Part shown: positions 25,970 through 33,758 of the stretch, piece by piece
Layout of the letters: every line of letters starts with the position of its first letter
Numbering within the stretch: position 1 is the stretch's first letter
Source of the DNA: an uncultured Eubacteriales bacterium
GTDB lineage: Bacteria > Bacillota > Clostridia > Oscillospirales > Oscillospiraceae
Direction: 5' to 3'
NCBI GenBank assembly: GCA_949293985.1
Contig: CASFFN010000007.1
Location: 20,619 to 84,618 of the forward strand
DNA: 64,000 nucleotides
Notes under the pieces: model-generated
Databases searched by the model: none
What the model was told of the DNA's origin: nothing
What the model saw: only the letters and a program-made list of their open reading frames with translations
Made by a program: the position numbers and the translations under genes

Positions 25970-27078
25970 CGGAAATGGAATTGGCCTGCCAAAAATTTTC
26001 CCAGCTTTTGCAGGAACAAATGGAGCGAATCTCCCATATGAATCAGGAAAAGACCGATTTTACCACCAAGCCCGTGGTCACCATCGGCCTGATTGACGGA
26101 GACGGCATTGGTCCCATTATCATGGAGCAGGCAACCCAGGTGTTGCATAAGCTCCTGGAAAAGGAAATTGCTCAGGGAAGCGTGGTCTGTAAGAAGATTG
26201 AAGGCCTTACCATCGAAAACCGCCTGGCCCTGGGAGAGTCTGTCCCCCGGCAGGTGCTGGAGGAGATTAAGTCCTGCGATGTACTGCTGAAGGGCCCCAC
26301 CACCACCCCCATGGGTGGCACTATGGAAAGCGCCAACGTGACCCTTCGCCGGGAGCTGGACTTGTATGCCAATGTCCGCCCGGTGTCCATCCCGGAGGAG
26401 GGAATCGACTGGATTTTCTACCGGGAGAACACGGAAGGGGAGTATGTCTTAGGCAGCCGGGGCGTGGAGCTTCCCGGCCTTGCCATGGACTTTAAGGTCA
26501 CCACCGATGCCGGAACCCGGCGGATTGCCCGGGCTGCCTTTGAATATGCAAAGAACAACGGCAAAAACCGGGTGTCCATCGTGACCAAGGCCAATATTAT
26601 GAAGAAAACCGACGGAAAGTTCACCGCCATCTGCCACGAGGTGGCCAAGGATTACCCGGAGATTCAGACGGACGATTGGTATATTGACATTATGACCGCA
26701 AACCTTGTCAACCCCGCCATCCGCAATCAGTTCCAGGTCTTTGTGCTGCCCAACCTGTACGGGGACATTATCACCGATGAAGCCGCCCAGATTCAGGGCG
26801 GCGTGGGTACCGCTGGTAGCGCCAACATGGGTGACCGCTACGCCATGTTCGAGGCCATCCACGGCTCCGCCCCCAGAATGATTGCAGAAGGGTTGGGAGA
26901 CTATGCCAACCCGGAGAGCATACTCAAAGCCCTGTGCCTGCTGCTGCGGCATATCTGCCGGGGAGTGGCAGCCGCCCAGCTGGAAAAGGCCATGGACGCT
27001 TGTCCCGTGAAGGTGACCGGGGATAAAACCGGCGCTACCGCCAGAGAATATACCAAGAAACTCCTGACTTTGCTGTAA
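25966..27078 (+). CDS. Isocitrate/isopropylmalate dehydrogenase family protein, probably NAD(P)-isocitrate dehydrogenase
   Basis: 370 aa. GDGIGPII, YRENTEGEY and NLYGDIITDEAA motifs. ATGA overlap with the aconitase stop. The isocitrate assignment is from context. Confidence 0.8.
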   Translation: MTEMELACQKFSQLLQEQMERISHMNQEKTDFTTKPVVTIGLIDGDGIGPIIMEQATQVLHKLLEKEIAQGSVVCKKIEGLTIENRLALGESVPRQVLEEIKSCDVLLKGPTTTPMGGTMESANVTLRRELDLYANVRPVSIPEEGIDWIFYRENTEGEYVLGSRGVELPGLAMDFKVTTDAGTRRIARAAFEYAKNNGKNRVSIVTKANIMKKTDGKFTAICHEVAKDYPEIQTDDWYIDIMTANLVNPAIRNQFQVFVLPNLYGDIITDEAAQIQGGVGTAGSANMGDRYAMFEAIHGSAPRMIAEGLGDYANPESILKALCLLLRHICRGVAAAQLEKAMDACPVKVTGDKTGATAREYTKKLLTLL

Positions 27079-27089
27079 CCTCATCGTTG

Positions 27090-27121
27090 CCGGCGTCCGG
27101 AAACGGGCGCCGGTAATTTTT
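27090..27121 (+). terminator. Intrinsic terminator after the acn-icd operon
   Basis: CCGGCGTCCG-GAAA-CGGGCGCCGG (10 bp, one G-U pair) followed by TAATTTTT. Confidence 0.85.
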
Positions 27122-27206
27122 CGTTATTTTTAACCCCCTGGGGGGCTTCCGATTTCTGTCGGAGCGGATTATAATAGGCAACGCAAAAGAACAGGAGGTA
27201 ATTTCC

Positions 27207-27740
27207 ATGAATTCTCTGTCCCATGTAAAAAAACTGGTGATTACGGCTGTGTGCGCGGCCCTGTGCGTGGTGCTGCCCATGGTGTTTCATGCTTTCCCCA
27301 ATGGGGGCAATATTTTTCTGCCTATGCATATTCCGGTGCTGCTGTGCGGTATGATGTGCTCATGGCCCTACGGACTGGTGTGCGGTGTGCTGGGCCCTGT
27401 GATTTCCAGCTTGCTGACCGGTATGCCCCCGGCGGTAATCCTGCCCTCCATGGCGGTGGAATGCGCCGTATATGGCTGCGTGTCCGGCCTTATGCTCTGT
27501 TTTGTTCGTACCGGCAAGCCGGTGCTTGACCTTTACATCAGCATGATAACGGCCATGGTGCTGGGCAGGGTAATTTCCGGATTGGTGAAGGCCTATATTC
27601 TCACCCCCGGTATTTCTCCCTTTGCCTGGGTGACCACCTCTCTGGTGCAGGGCATCCCCGGCATCTGCATCCAGCTGTTGCTGCTCCCTCTGCTGGTCAC
27701 CATGCTGACCCGGGCCAAGCTGCTGCCCGGCCGTTATTGA
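27207..27740 (+). CDS. ECF transporter S component (substrate unknown)
   Basis: 177 aa, 5-6 TM. FLPMHIPVLLCG...LLTGMPP is characteristic of the PF12822-type S components as I recall them. AGGAGG RBS. Confidence 0.75.
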   Translation: MNSLSHVKKLVITAVCAALCVVLPMVFHAFPNGGNIFLPMHIPVLLCGMMCSWPYGLVCGVLGPVISSLLTGMPPAVILPSMAVECAVYGCVSGLMLCFVRTGKPVLDLYISMITAMVLGRVISGLVKAYILTPGISPFAWVTTSLVQGIPGICIQLLLLPLLVTMLTRAKLLPGRY

Positions 27741-27752
27741 GAAAGGCTTCCC

Positions 27753-28337
27753 ATGAACAAACAGGAGATTATTGCGTTCTTTGACCGTATGGCTCCCCGG
27801 TGGGATGGGGATATGATTCGCTCGGATGAAATCATCAACCGTATCCTGGACGGGGCGGAGGTGACCCGGGACAAGCATATTCTGGATGTGGCCTGCGGCA
27901 CCGGGGTGCTGTTTCCGGACTACCTGAAGCGTCAGGTGGCCTCCGTCACCGCCATTGACATCTCTCCGGAGATGGCAAAGATCGCCGCCGGTAAATTCCC
28001 GGATGCCCCCATCCGGGTTCTGTGCGGAGATGTGGAGAACACGGCCTTTGACCGGAAGTTTGACTGTATCATGGTCTATAACGCCTTTCCCCATTTTCCT
28101 GACCCTCAGCACCTGATTGAAACTCTGGCGGGGCTTCTGGCTCCCGGGGGAACCCTCACAGTAGCCCACGGCATGAGCCGAGAGGCCATCGACCACCACC
28201 ATGAAGGTGCCGCCAGCGCCGTCAGCCGGGGCCTAATGTCTGCTGAGGAACTGACGCAAATCTTTGCCCAATACCTGAAGGTAACCAAGTCCATCTCCGA
28301 TGACCGGATGTACCAGGTGACCGGAAAGAAGATTTGA
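27753..28337 (+). CDS. Class I SAM-dependent methyltransferase
   Basis: 194 aa. Motif I ILDVACGTGVL, with later motifs AIDISPEM and DCIMVYNAFPHF. Confidence 0.85.
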   Translation: MNKQEIIAFFDRMAPRWDGDMIRSDEIINRILDGAEVTRDKHILDVACGTGVLFPDYLKRQVASVTAIDISPEMAKIAAGKFPDAPIRVLCGDVENTAFDRKFDCIMVYNAFPHFPDPQHLIETLAGLLAPGGTLTVAHGMSREAIDHHHEGAASAVSRGLMSAEELTQIFAQYLKVTKSISDDRMYQVTGKKI

Positions 28338-28348
28338 CTTAAAATCAA

Positions 28349-28377
28349 GGCACCGACTGAAAAGTCGGTGCCCTTTT
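28349..28377 (+). terminator. Intrinsic terminator
   Basis: GGCACCGACT-GAAA-AGTCGGTGCC followed by CTTTTG. Confidence 0.8.
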
Positions 28378-28400
28378 GCTTCCAAATTGCTCAGGTCGTG

Positions 28401-28429
28401 TTGGCAAACGCAACAGGATACTGTATAAT
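28401..28429 (+). promoter_or_regulatory. Sigma-A-type promoter for the macro/vWA operon
   Basis: TTGGCA (28401-28406), 17-nt spacer, and an extended -10 TGTATAAT (TATAAT at 28424-28429). Confidence 0.6.
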
Positions 28430-28458
28430 ACTGCTATAAAAAGGAAGCAGGTGATTAT

Positions 28459-29445
28459 ATGCCCATTCAAATTGTGAGAAACGACATTACCAAAATGAAA
28501 GTGGATGCCATTGTGAATGCTGCCAATCCTTCCTTACTGGGAGGCGGCGGTGTGGATGGCTGTATCCACCGGGCGGCAGGGCCGGAATTGCTGGAGGCCT
28601 GTAAGACCTTGGGGGGCTGCCCCACTGGCAGCGCCAAGATGACATTGGGATACCGGCTTCCCTGCAAGTATGTCATCCACGCGGTAGGTCCCCGCTGGCA
28701 GGGAGGGCATAAAAATGAGGAGGCGCTCCTCACTTCCTGCTACGAGCGGGCTTTGCAACTGGCAAAAGAAGCCGGGTGTGAAACCGTGGCTTTTCCCCTC
28801 ATATCCTCTGGCATATATGGCTATCCCAAGGACCGGGCATTGGGTGTTGCCATGGACACCATCAGCCACTTCCTGCTGGAAAATGACATGACCGTCTATC
28901 TGGTGGTCTTTGACAAAAGCGCCTATCGTATCAGCGGCAAGCTCTTTGCCAACATTGCAGAATATATTGATGATCGCTATGCGGAATCCCATACCGATAG
29001 CCGCCGCAGACTATCCAGTATGGATTTTCAGGAAGAGCCAGGGGTATTGTTGGCTATGTCGGCTTCCGCGCCGGAGAAGTCCCTGGCGGAAATGGTGGAG
29101 CAGCTGGACGAGAGCTTTTCGGAAATGCTCCTGCGAAAAATCGACGAGTCCGGCATGACGGATGCCCAGTGCTATAAAAAGGCCAACATAGACCGGAAGC
29201 TCTTTTCCAAAATTCGCAGCGATAAGCTGTATAAGCCCTCCAAACCCACGGTGCTGGCTTTCGCCATTGCTCTGGAGCTGTCATTGGAGGAGACAAAGGA
29301 TATGCTGATGAAGGCCGGCTTTGCTCTCTCCCACGCCAGCAAGTTTGATATCATTGTGGAGTATTTCATCCAGCGGGGAAATTATAACATTTTCGAAATC
29401 AACGAGGCGCTGTTTGCCTTCGACCAAAGCCTACTGGGTGCATAA
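28459..29445 (+). CDS. Macro domain (ADP-ribose-binding/O-acetyl-ADP-ribose deacetylase-like) protein fused to a C-terminal HTH-like domain
   Basis: N-terminus [27 protein letters not shown]...VIHAVGPRW, then [12 protein letters not shown], form the macro fold signature. The C-terminal ~130 aa ([22 protein letters not shown]...[19 protein letters not shown]) look like an XRE-type HTH. Confidence 0.85.
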   Translation: MPIQIVRNDITKMKVDAIVNAANPSLLGGGGVDGCIHRAAGPELLEACKTLGGCPTGSAKMTLGYRLPCKYVIHAVGPRWQGGHKNEEALLTSCYERALQLAKEAGCETVAFPLISSGIYGYPKDRALGVAMDTISHFLLENDMTVYLVVFDKSAYRISGKLFANIAEYIDDRYAESHTDSRRRLSSMDFQEEPGVLLAMSASAPEKSLAEMVEQLDESFSEMLLRKIDESGMTDAQCYKKANIDRKLFSKIRSDKLYKPSKPTVLAFAIALELSLEETKDMLMKAGFALSHASKFDIIVEYFIQRGNYNIFEINEALFAFDQSLLGA

Positions 29446-29458
29446 AAGGAGAAATGAA

Positions 29459-30013
29459 ATGGCAGAGCCTGTGATTTTCCAAAGTCTTTCCCAGATAGAA
29501 GACTATCGTCAGAAGATAAGAAGAAATCTCTCCGCAACGATGGATGCGTTGGGGGGGATTCTGAAGCGGGAAGAGCCGTTTGCTTTTTTTCATAAGATGA
29601 AATATGAGAAGTTTTCCAAGGAGCCGGTTTCCGGTACCCCGGAAAATTTGCTGGAAGCGGTGAATCAATGCCAGACATACCTGGTTTCTCTGCGTGGGGC
29701 GGAATACCTGCTCCAAAAATATCCGGAAAAATCCTTTCGGTTAAATTGGGGAAATGTGTCCGGCCATGATTTGGAGTCTTTGGACGGCAGCATCATTGCA
29801 GAATGTTTTGCCGCCACCAGCTACCGCAGTAACGGCAAGTTGTTGGCGGATTTGAGGCGGCTGGAATCCAACCACACAGCCCGGAAAAAATACGAATTTT
29901 TCTATTCTCCTGATTTTGACCAAGGGAAATTGCAATCCTATACCCGGAAATTCCCGTGTATTTGTATTATTGCGCTATCCCGGCGGGAATTGTCGCCTGC
30001 CATGCGACCATAA
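29459..30013 (+). CDS. Hypothetical protein (184 aa)
   Basis: AAAGGAG lies 7 nt upstream of ATG 29459, 13 nt after the macro gene stop. No family recognised. The track start at 29321 overlaps the macro gene. Confidence 0.65.
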   Translation: MAEPVIFQSLSQIEDYRQKIRRNLSATMDALGGILKREEPFAFFHKMKYEKFSKEPVSGTPENLLEAVNQCQTYLVSLRGAEYLLQKYPEKSFRLNWGNVSGHDLESLDGSIIAECFAATSYRSNGKLLADLRRLESNHTARKKYEFFYSPDFDQGKLQSYTRKFPCICIIALSRRELSPAMRP

Positions 30014-30077
30014 GGGAAGAAATAATCTGTATTCTATTGTTGTAAATCAACCAACAATGAATACGGAGGTATTTCAA

Positions 30078-30734
30078 ATGAAAAAGCATTTAACGGAAGT
30101 TGTGTTTATCCTGGATTGCAGCGGCTCCATGCACGGCCTGGAGGCAGATACCATCGGGGGCTTTAATTCCATGCTGAAAAAGCAAAAGCGGGCTCCCGGT
30201 GAGGCGCTCATATCCACAATCCTGTTCGATAACACCTGTCAGGTACTCCATGACCGGATTCCGGTAGGAAAGGTTGCACCGTTGACGGACCGGGACTACA
30301 GGGTTCGGGGCTGCACTGCACTTATGGACGCCATTGGCGGTGCCATCCACCACATTGGCAATGTCCATAAATATGCAAGACCGGAGGACGTGCCGGAGCA
30401 TACCCTCTTTGTGATTACCACCGACGGCATGGAAAACGCCAGCCGCCGATATTCCGCCCAAAAGGTGCGGCAGATGATTGAGCGGCAGAAGGAGAAATAC
30501 GGCTGGGAGTTTTTGTTCCTGGGAGCCAACATCGATGCGGTGGAGACTGCAAGACGGTTTGGCATCGGGGAGGATCGGGCGGTCAACTACCACGCAGACA
30601 GCCAGGGCACCCGCCTGAATTACGAAGTCCTCAGCGCCGCCATCTCCTCCGTCCGCAGCAGCGCCCCCCTGAGTGACCGGTGGAAACAGGAAATTGACAG
30701 GGATTTCAAAGAACGGACAAAACAATCAGACTGA
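30078..30734 (+). CDS. von Willebrand factor type A (vWA) domain protein, cytoplasmic
   Basis: 218 aa. MIDAS motif VVFILDCSGSMHG, then TALMDAIG and FVITTDGMEN. GGAGG lies 8 nt upstream of ATG 30078. Confidence 0.85.
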   Translation: MKKHLTEVVFILDCSGSMHGLEADTIGGFNSMLKKQKRAPGEALISTILFDNTCQVLHDRIPVGKVAPLTDRDYRVRGCTALMDAIGGAIHHIGNVHKYARPEDVPEHTLFVITTDGMENASRRYSAQKVRQMIERQKEKYGWEFLFLGANIDAVETARRFGIGEDRAVNYHADSQGTRLNYEVLSAAISSVRSSAPLSDRWKQEIDRDFKERTKQSD

Positions 30735-30742
30735 ATTGCACA

Positions 30743-30784
30743 GCCTGCCGGGCAAAACTTTCCTCTGCCCGGCAGGCATTTTTT
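30743..30784 (+). terminator. Intrinsic terminator of the macro/vWA operon
   Basis: GCCTGCCGGGCA / TGCCCGGCAGGC 12-bp stem followed by ATTTTTT. Confidence 0.85.
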
Positions 30785-30844
30785 GGCAAGGAAGCTATAA
30801 TCCGGCACAGTGCTACCCGGGAAGGGGGGTGGCATTTACCGTTC

Positions 30845-30873
30845 TTGACATCTTTCCTCTGTGGTTGTACTAT
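30845..30873 (+). promoter_or_regulatory. Sigma-A-type promoter for the transglutaminase-like lipoprotein gene
   Basis: TTGACA (30845-30850), 17-nt spacer, TACTAT (30868-30873). Confidence 0.6.
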
Positions 30874-30912
30874 GGTAGTAAATAGAGAATTTATATCCCG
30901 GGGGAGAGAAAG

Positions 30913-32274
30913 ATGAGAGATTACAGAAGAAACCTGTTGGCTTTGTTGGCGGTGGCTCTTATGGTTCTTCTTGCGGCCTGCCAAAACAAAGACTCGGATG
31001 CAGGAAACGAACCGGAACCCATGTATCTTGTCAGCTTCACCTGCGACACCTACACGATTAACAGACAGGTGGTGGTGGGCGGACGAACGGCGGCGGTTCC
31101 GGAGCCGTCCATTCCCGGTTATTATCTGCACCATTGGGAAAACGAGGAGCACCAGATTGTTGACCCTGAAAAAGTCAATATTTCCCAGGATACCCATTTT
31201 TACGGCGTTTTGTATCCGGACTTTCAGGACATGGCAGCCTATCTATTTCCTGACAGCAATGGATGGTTGCACCCAGAGGCGGTTTTGACCGCTTCCCATC
31301 TCAAGGCGGCATTTGAGGCCTTGGCTCCTGTGGAAGCCCCCCAGACAGTCATGGATTATCTGAAGGATTTCGAGGACGATGAGCCTGTGACCAAAGAGAC
31401 TCTCACCGCAATTTACATGAATGATAAGCTGTTCCCACCGGAACAGGGCTCGGCTGCCCTGGAAGTGCTTCCGGAAGGGGATGTGACCCGGAATTCCTTT
31501 GCAAAAAGCATTTGCATTCTGCTGAACCGGGATTGGGAGAATCAGCCGGTGAAGGTGACGGAAAAGCAACAGGTTCCTTTGGATGTCAATCCCGGTGATG
31601 CCAGTACCGGCTATTTGTTGGACAGCTGTATCGAGCATACCGCCGGTACAGAAACAGATGGCAATATTCAGAGTGCCGTGCTGCAGATGCCTTGGGAACC
31701 GGGCTTCCATCTCCAAAAGGGAGGGTTGTACTGTGCCGATGAGGCAGGGAAGCTGCTCCGGGAGGAAAGCCTGGGGAACCTGTATTTTGGGGAAAATGGG
31801 CAGTATGTCTCTGGCGACCCGGAGCTGGATGAGATTGTGGAAAAGCTGATTTTCCAGTTTCAGCAGGAAAACAAGGAGGCAGACCGGTACGAGCTGCTGT
31901 ATGCAGCCTTTGTTCACGTGCGGGACAACATGCGCTATGTTCCCAGGGAAAAGCTGGCGTTCCGGGAAACCGATTGGGCCAATCGGCTGGGAAAAGAGGC
32001 ACTTACGGACTACAAGGGAAATTGCTTCTATTATGCAGCAGCCTTTACAGTGCTGGCAAGAGGACTGGGCTACGATGCCCGGGAAATCAGCGGACAGGGA
32101 TTTGAGCCCCTGATGCCCCATGGCTGGGTGGAGATTTATATTGACGGCGAACAGCTGTTCTTTGACCCTCAGACCGCAGCCAAAGAGGTGGTTTACCACG
32201 GCCGTGAGAATTGGGGAGAGGATATGTTTGCCATTCCCATGTATAAGAAGGACTGGTGGCGCTATACCTGGTGA
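30913..32274 (+). CDS. Lipoprotein with a Listeria-Bacteroides-repeat-like N-domain and a C-terminal transglutaminase-like cysteine protease core
   Basis: Lipobox LLAAC. Pattern YLVSFTCDTYTINRQVVVGGRTAAVPEPSIPGYYLHHWE. Cys-His-Asp triad context: GNCFYYAAAF, PHGWVEIY, FFDPQ. Confidence 0.8.
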   Translation: MRDYRRNLLALLAVALMVLLAACQNKDSDAGNEPEPMYLVSFTCDTYTINRQVVVGGRTAAVPEPSIPGYYLHHWENEEHQIVDPEKVNISQDTHFYGVLYPDFQDMAAYLFPDSNGWLHPEAVLTASHLKAAFEALAPVEAPQTVMDYLKDFEDDEPVTKETLTAIYMNDKLFPPEQGSAALEVLPEGDVTRNSFAKSICILLNRDWENQPVKVTEKQQVPLDVNPGDASTGYLLDSCIEHTAGTETDGNIQSAVLQMPWEPGFHLQKGGLYCADEAGKLLREESLGNLYFGENGQYVSGDPELDEIVEKLIFQFQQENKEADRYELLYAAFVHVRDNMRYVPREKLAFRETDWANRLGKEALTDYKGNCFYYAAAFTVLARGLGYDAREISGQGFEPLMPHGWVEIYIDGEQLFFDPQTAAKEVVYHGRENWGEDMFAIPMYKKDWWRYTW

Positions 32275-32400
32275 GAACGCCAAGGTAACGGATCGAGCCT
32301 CCCAGGCAGTGTTTCCCACCGCCCGGGAGGCTTATTTCCCAAATTCAGGCAGTCTATCAACATAGAAATCCCGGGGGAGTCAGTGGAAACGTAACCGTTC

Positions 32401-32429
32401 TTGACATATTCTTTATAAGATTGTATTAT
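32401..32429 (+). promoter_or_regulatory. Sigma-A-type promoter for the xanthine-dehydrogenase-family operon
   Basis: TTGACA (32401-32406), 17-nt spacer, TATTAT (32424-32429). Confidence 0.6.
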
Positions 32430-32495
32430 GATAAAAAATATGGGCTTTTTCGGGAAATCCCCGAAAGAAGCCATGAGAATAGAAAGGGATCGGAT

Positions 32496-33287
32496 ATGCT
32501 TACCATCAAAAACTATCTTCGACCTAAGACTTCTCAGGAGGCCTATGATTTGGCTCAGAAACGCTCCAATGTGATCCTGGGCGGTATGCTGTGGCTGAAA
32601 ATGCAGAACCGCCGGGTAGATACCGCCATCGATTTGCAGGATTTGGGCCTTAGCTATATCCGGCAGGAGGAAGATGGGGTACATATCGGTGCCATGACCC
32701 CCCTGCGCACTTTGGAGACCAGCCCCATTCTCAACGAATTGACCCAAGGAGTAGCTGCCGAGGCAGTCAAGCCCATTGTGGGTGTGCAGTTTCGCAACTG
32801 CGCCACGGTGGGGGGCAGCCTTTACGGCCGGTTTGGCTTTTCCGATGTGCTGACCCTGTTTTTGGCCTGGGATGCCCAGGTGGTTCTTTATGGCGCAGGA
32901 CGGATGCCCCTTTCCCAGTTTGTTCAGATTCCCAGAAGCCGGCGTGATTTGCTTCTGGAGGTGATTGTACCGGCCCAGCCGGTGCGGGCCGCTTACCAGA
33001 GCCAGAGAAATTCCGCTACGGACTTCCCGGTGCTGGCCTGCTGCGTGATGAAAGTAGACGGCGTCTACCGGTGCTGCCTGGGGGCAAGACCCGGCGCCGC
33101 CCGGTGCTATGAGGACGAAGCGCATATTCTGGACGGGGCTTTGACAGAAGAAAAGGCAGAGGCCTTTGCCTGGTGGGTCTCGGAGCGGGCGGATTTTGGA
33201 TCCAATATGCGGGGAAGCGAAGCATACCGCCGTTTGCTGGCGGTGACCCTGGTGCGCCGGTGCCTGTTGGCTTTGGGGGAGGAGTAA
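32496..33287 (+). CDS. Molybdo-flavoenzyme FAD-binding (medium, CoxM/XdhB-like) subunit
   Basis: 263 aa. ILGGMLWLKMQNR, RNCATVGGSL and a CO-dehydrogenase flavoprotein-like C-terminus. Start at ATG 32496. Confidence 0.8.
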   Translation: MLTIKNYLRPKTSQEAYDLAQKRSNVILGGMLWLKMQNRRVDTAIDLQDLGLSYIRQEEDGVHIGAMTPLRTLETSPILNELTQGVAAEAVKPIVGVQFRNCATVGGSLYGRFGFSDVLTLFLAWDAQVVLYGAGRMPLSQFVQIPRSRRDLLLEVIVPAQPVRAAYQSQRNSATDFPVLACCVMKVDGVYRCCLGARPGAARCYEDEAHILDGALTEEKAEAFAWWVSERADFGSNMRGSEAYRRLLAVTLVRRCLLALGEE

Positions 33288-33290
33288 ACC

Positions 33291-33758
33291 ATGGAAATCA
33301 AACTGACACTCAACGGAAAACCCGTTACCGCCTCTGTGGACGCAGATAAGCTGCTGCTGGACTTTCTCCGGGAGCAGGGATGCCTGTCTGTGAAGCGGGG
33401 GTGCGAAACTGCCAACTGCGGCCTTTGCACCGTACTTCTGGATGGGGTGCCGGTGCTGTCCTGCTCCGTGCTGGCTGCCCGGGCCGCCGGGCATAAGGTG
33501 CAGACCCTGGAGGGCTTGCAGCAGGAGGCGGAGGAATTTGTGGGCTTTATCGCCGACCAGGGGGCGGAGCAATGCGGCTTCTGCAATCCCGGCTTTGTGA
33601 TGAATACCATCGCCCTCCTTCGGGAGAATCCCCATCCCACGGATGCGGAAATTCGCGCCTATCTTGCGGGAAACCTGTGCCGCTGCTCCGGTTATGAGGG
33701 GCAGCTTCGGGGGATCCGCAGCTACCTGGACTGGAAGGAGGGAAAGCACCATGGGTGA
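33291..33758 (+). CDS. (2Fe-2S)-binding small subunit (CoxS/XdhC-like)
   Basis: 155 aa. CETANCGLCTV and the second cluster QCGFCNPGF...CRCSGY. Confidence 0.9.
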   Translation: MEIKLTLNGKPVTASVDADKLLLDFLREQGCLSVKRGCETANCGLCTVLLDGVPVLSCSVLAARAAGHKVQTLEGLQQEAEEFVGFIADQGAEQCGFCNPGFVMNTIALLRENPHPTDAEIRAYLAGNLCRCSGYEGQLRGIRSYLDWKEGKHHG

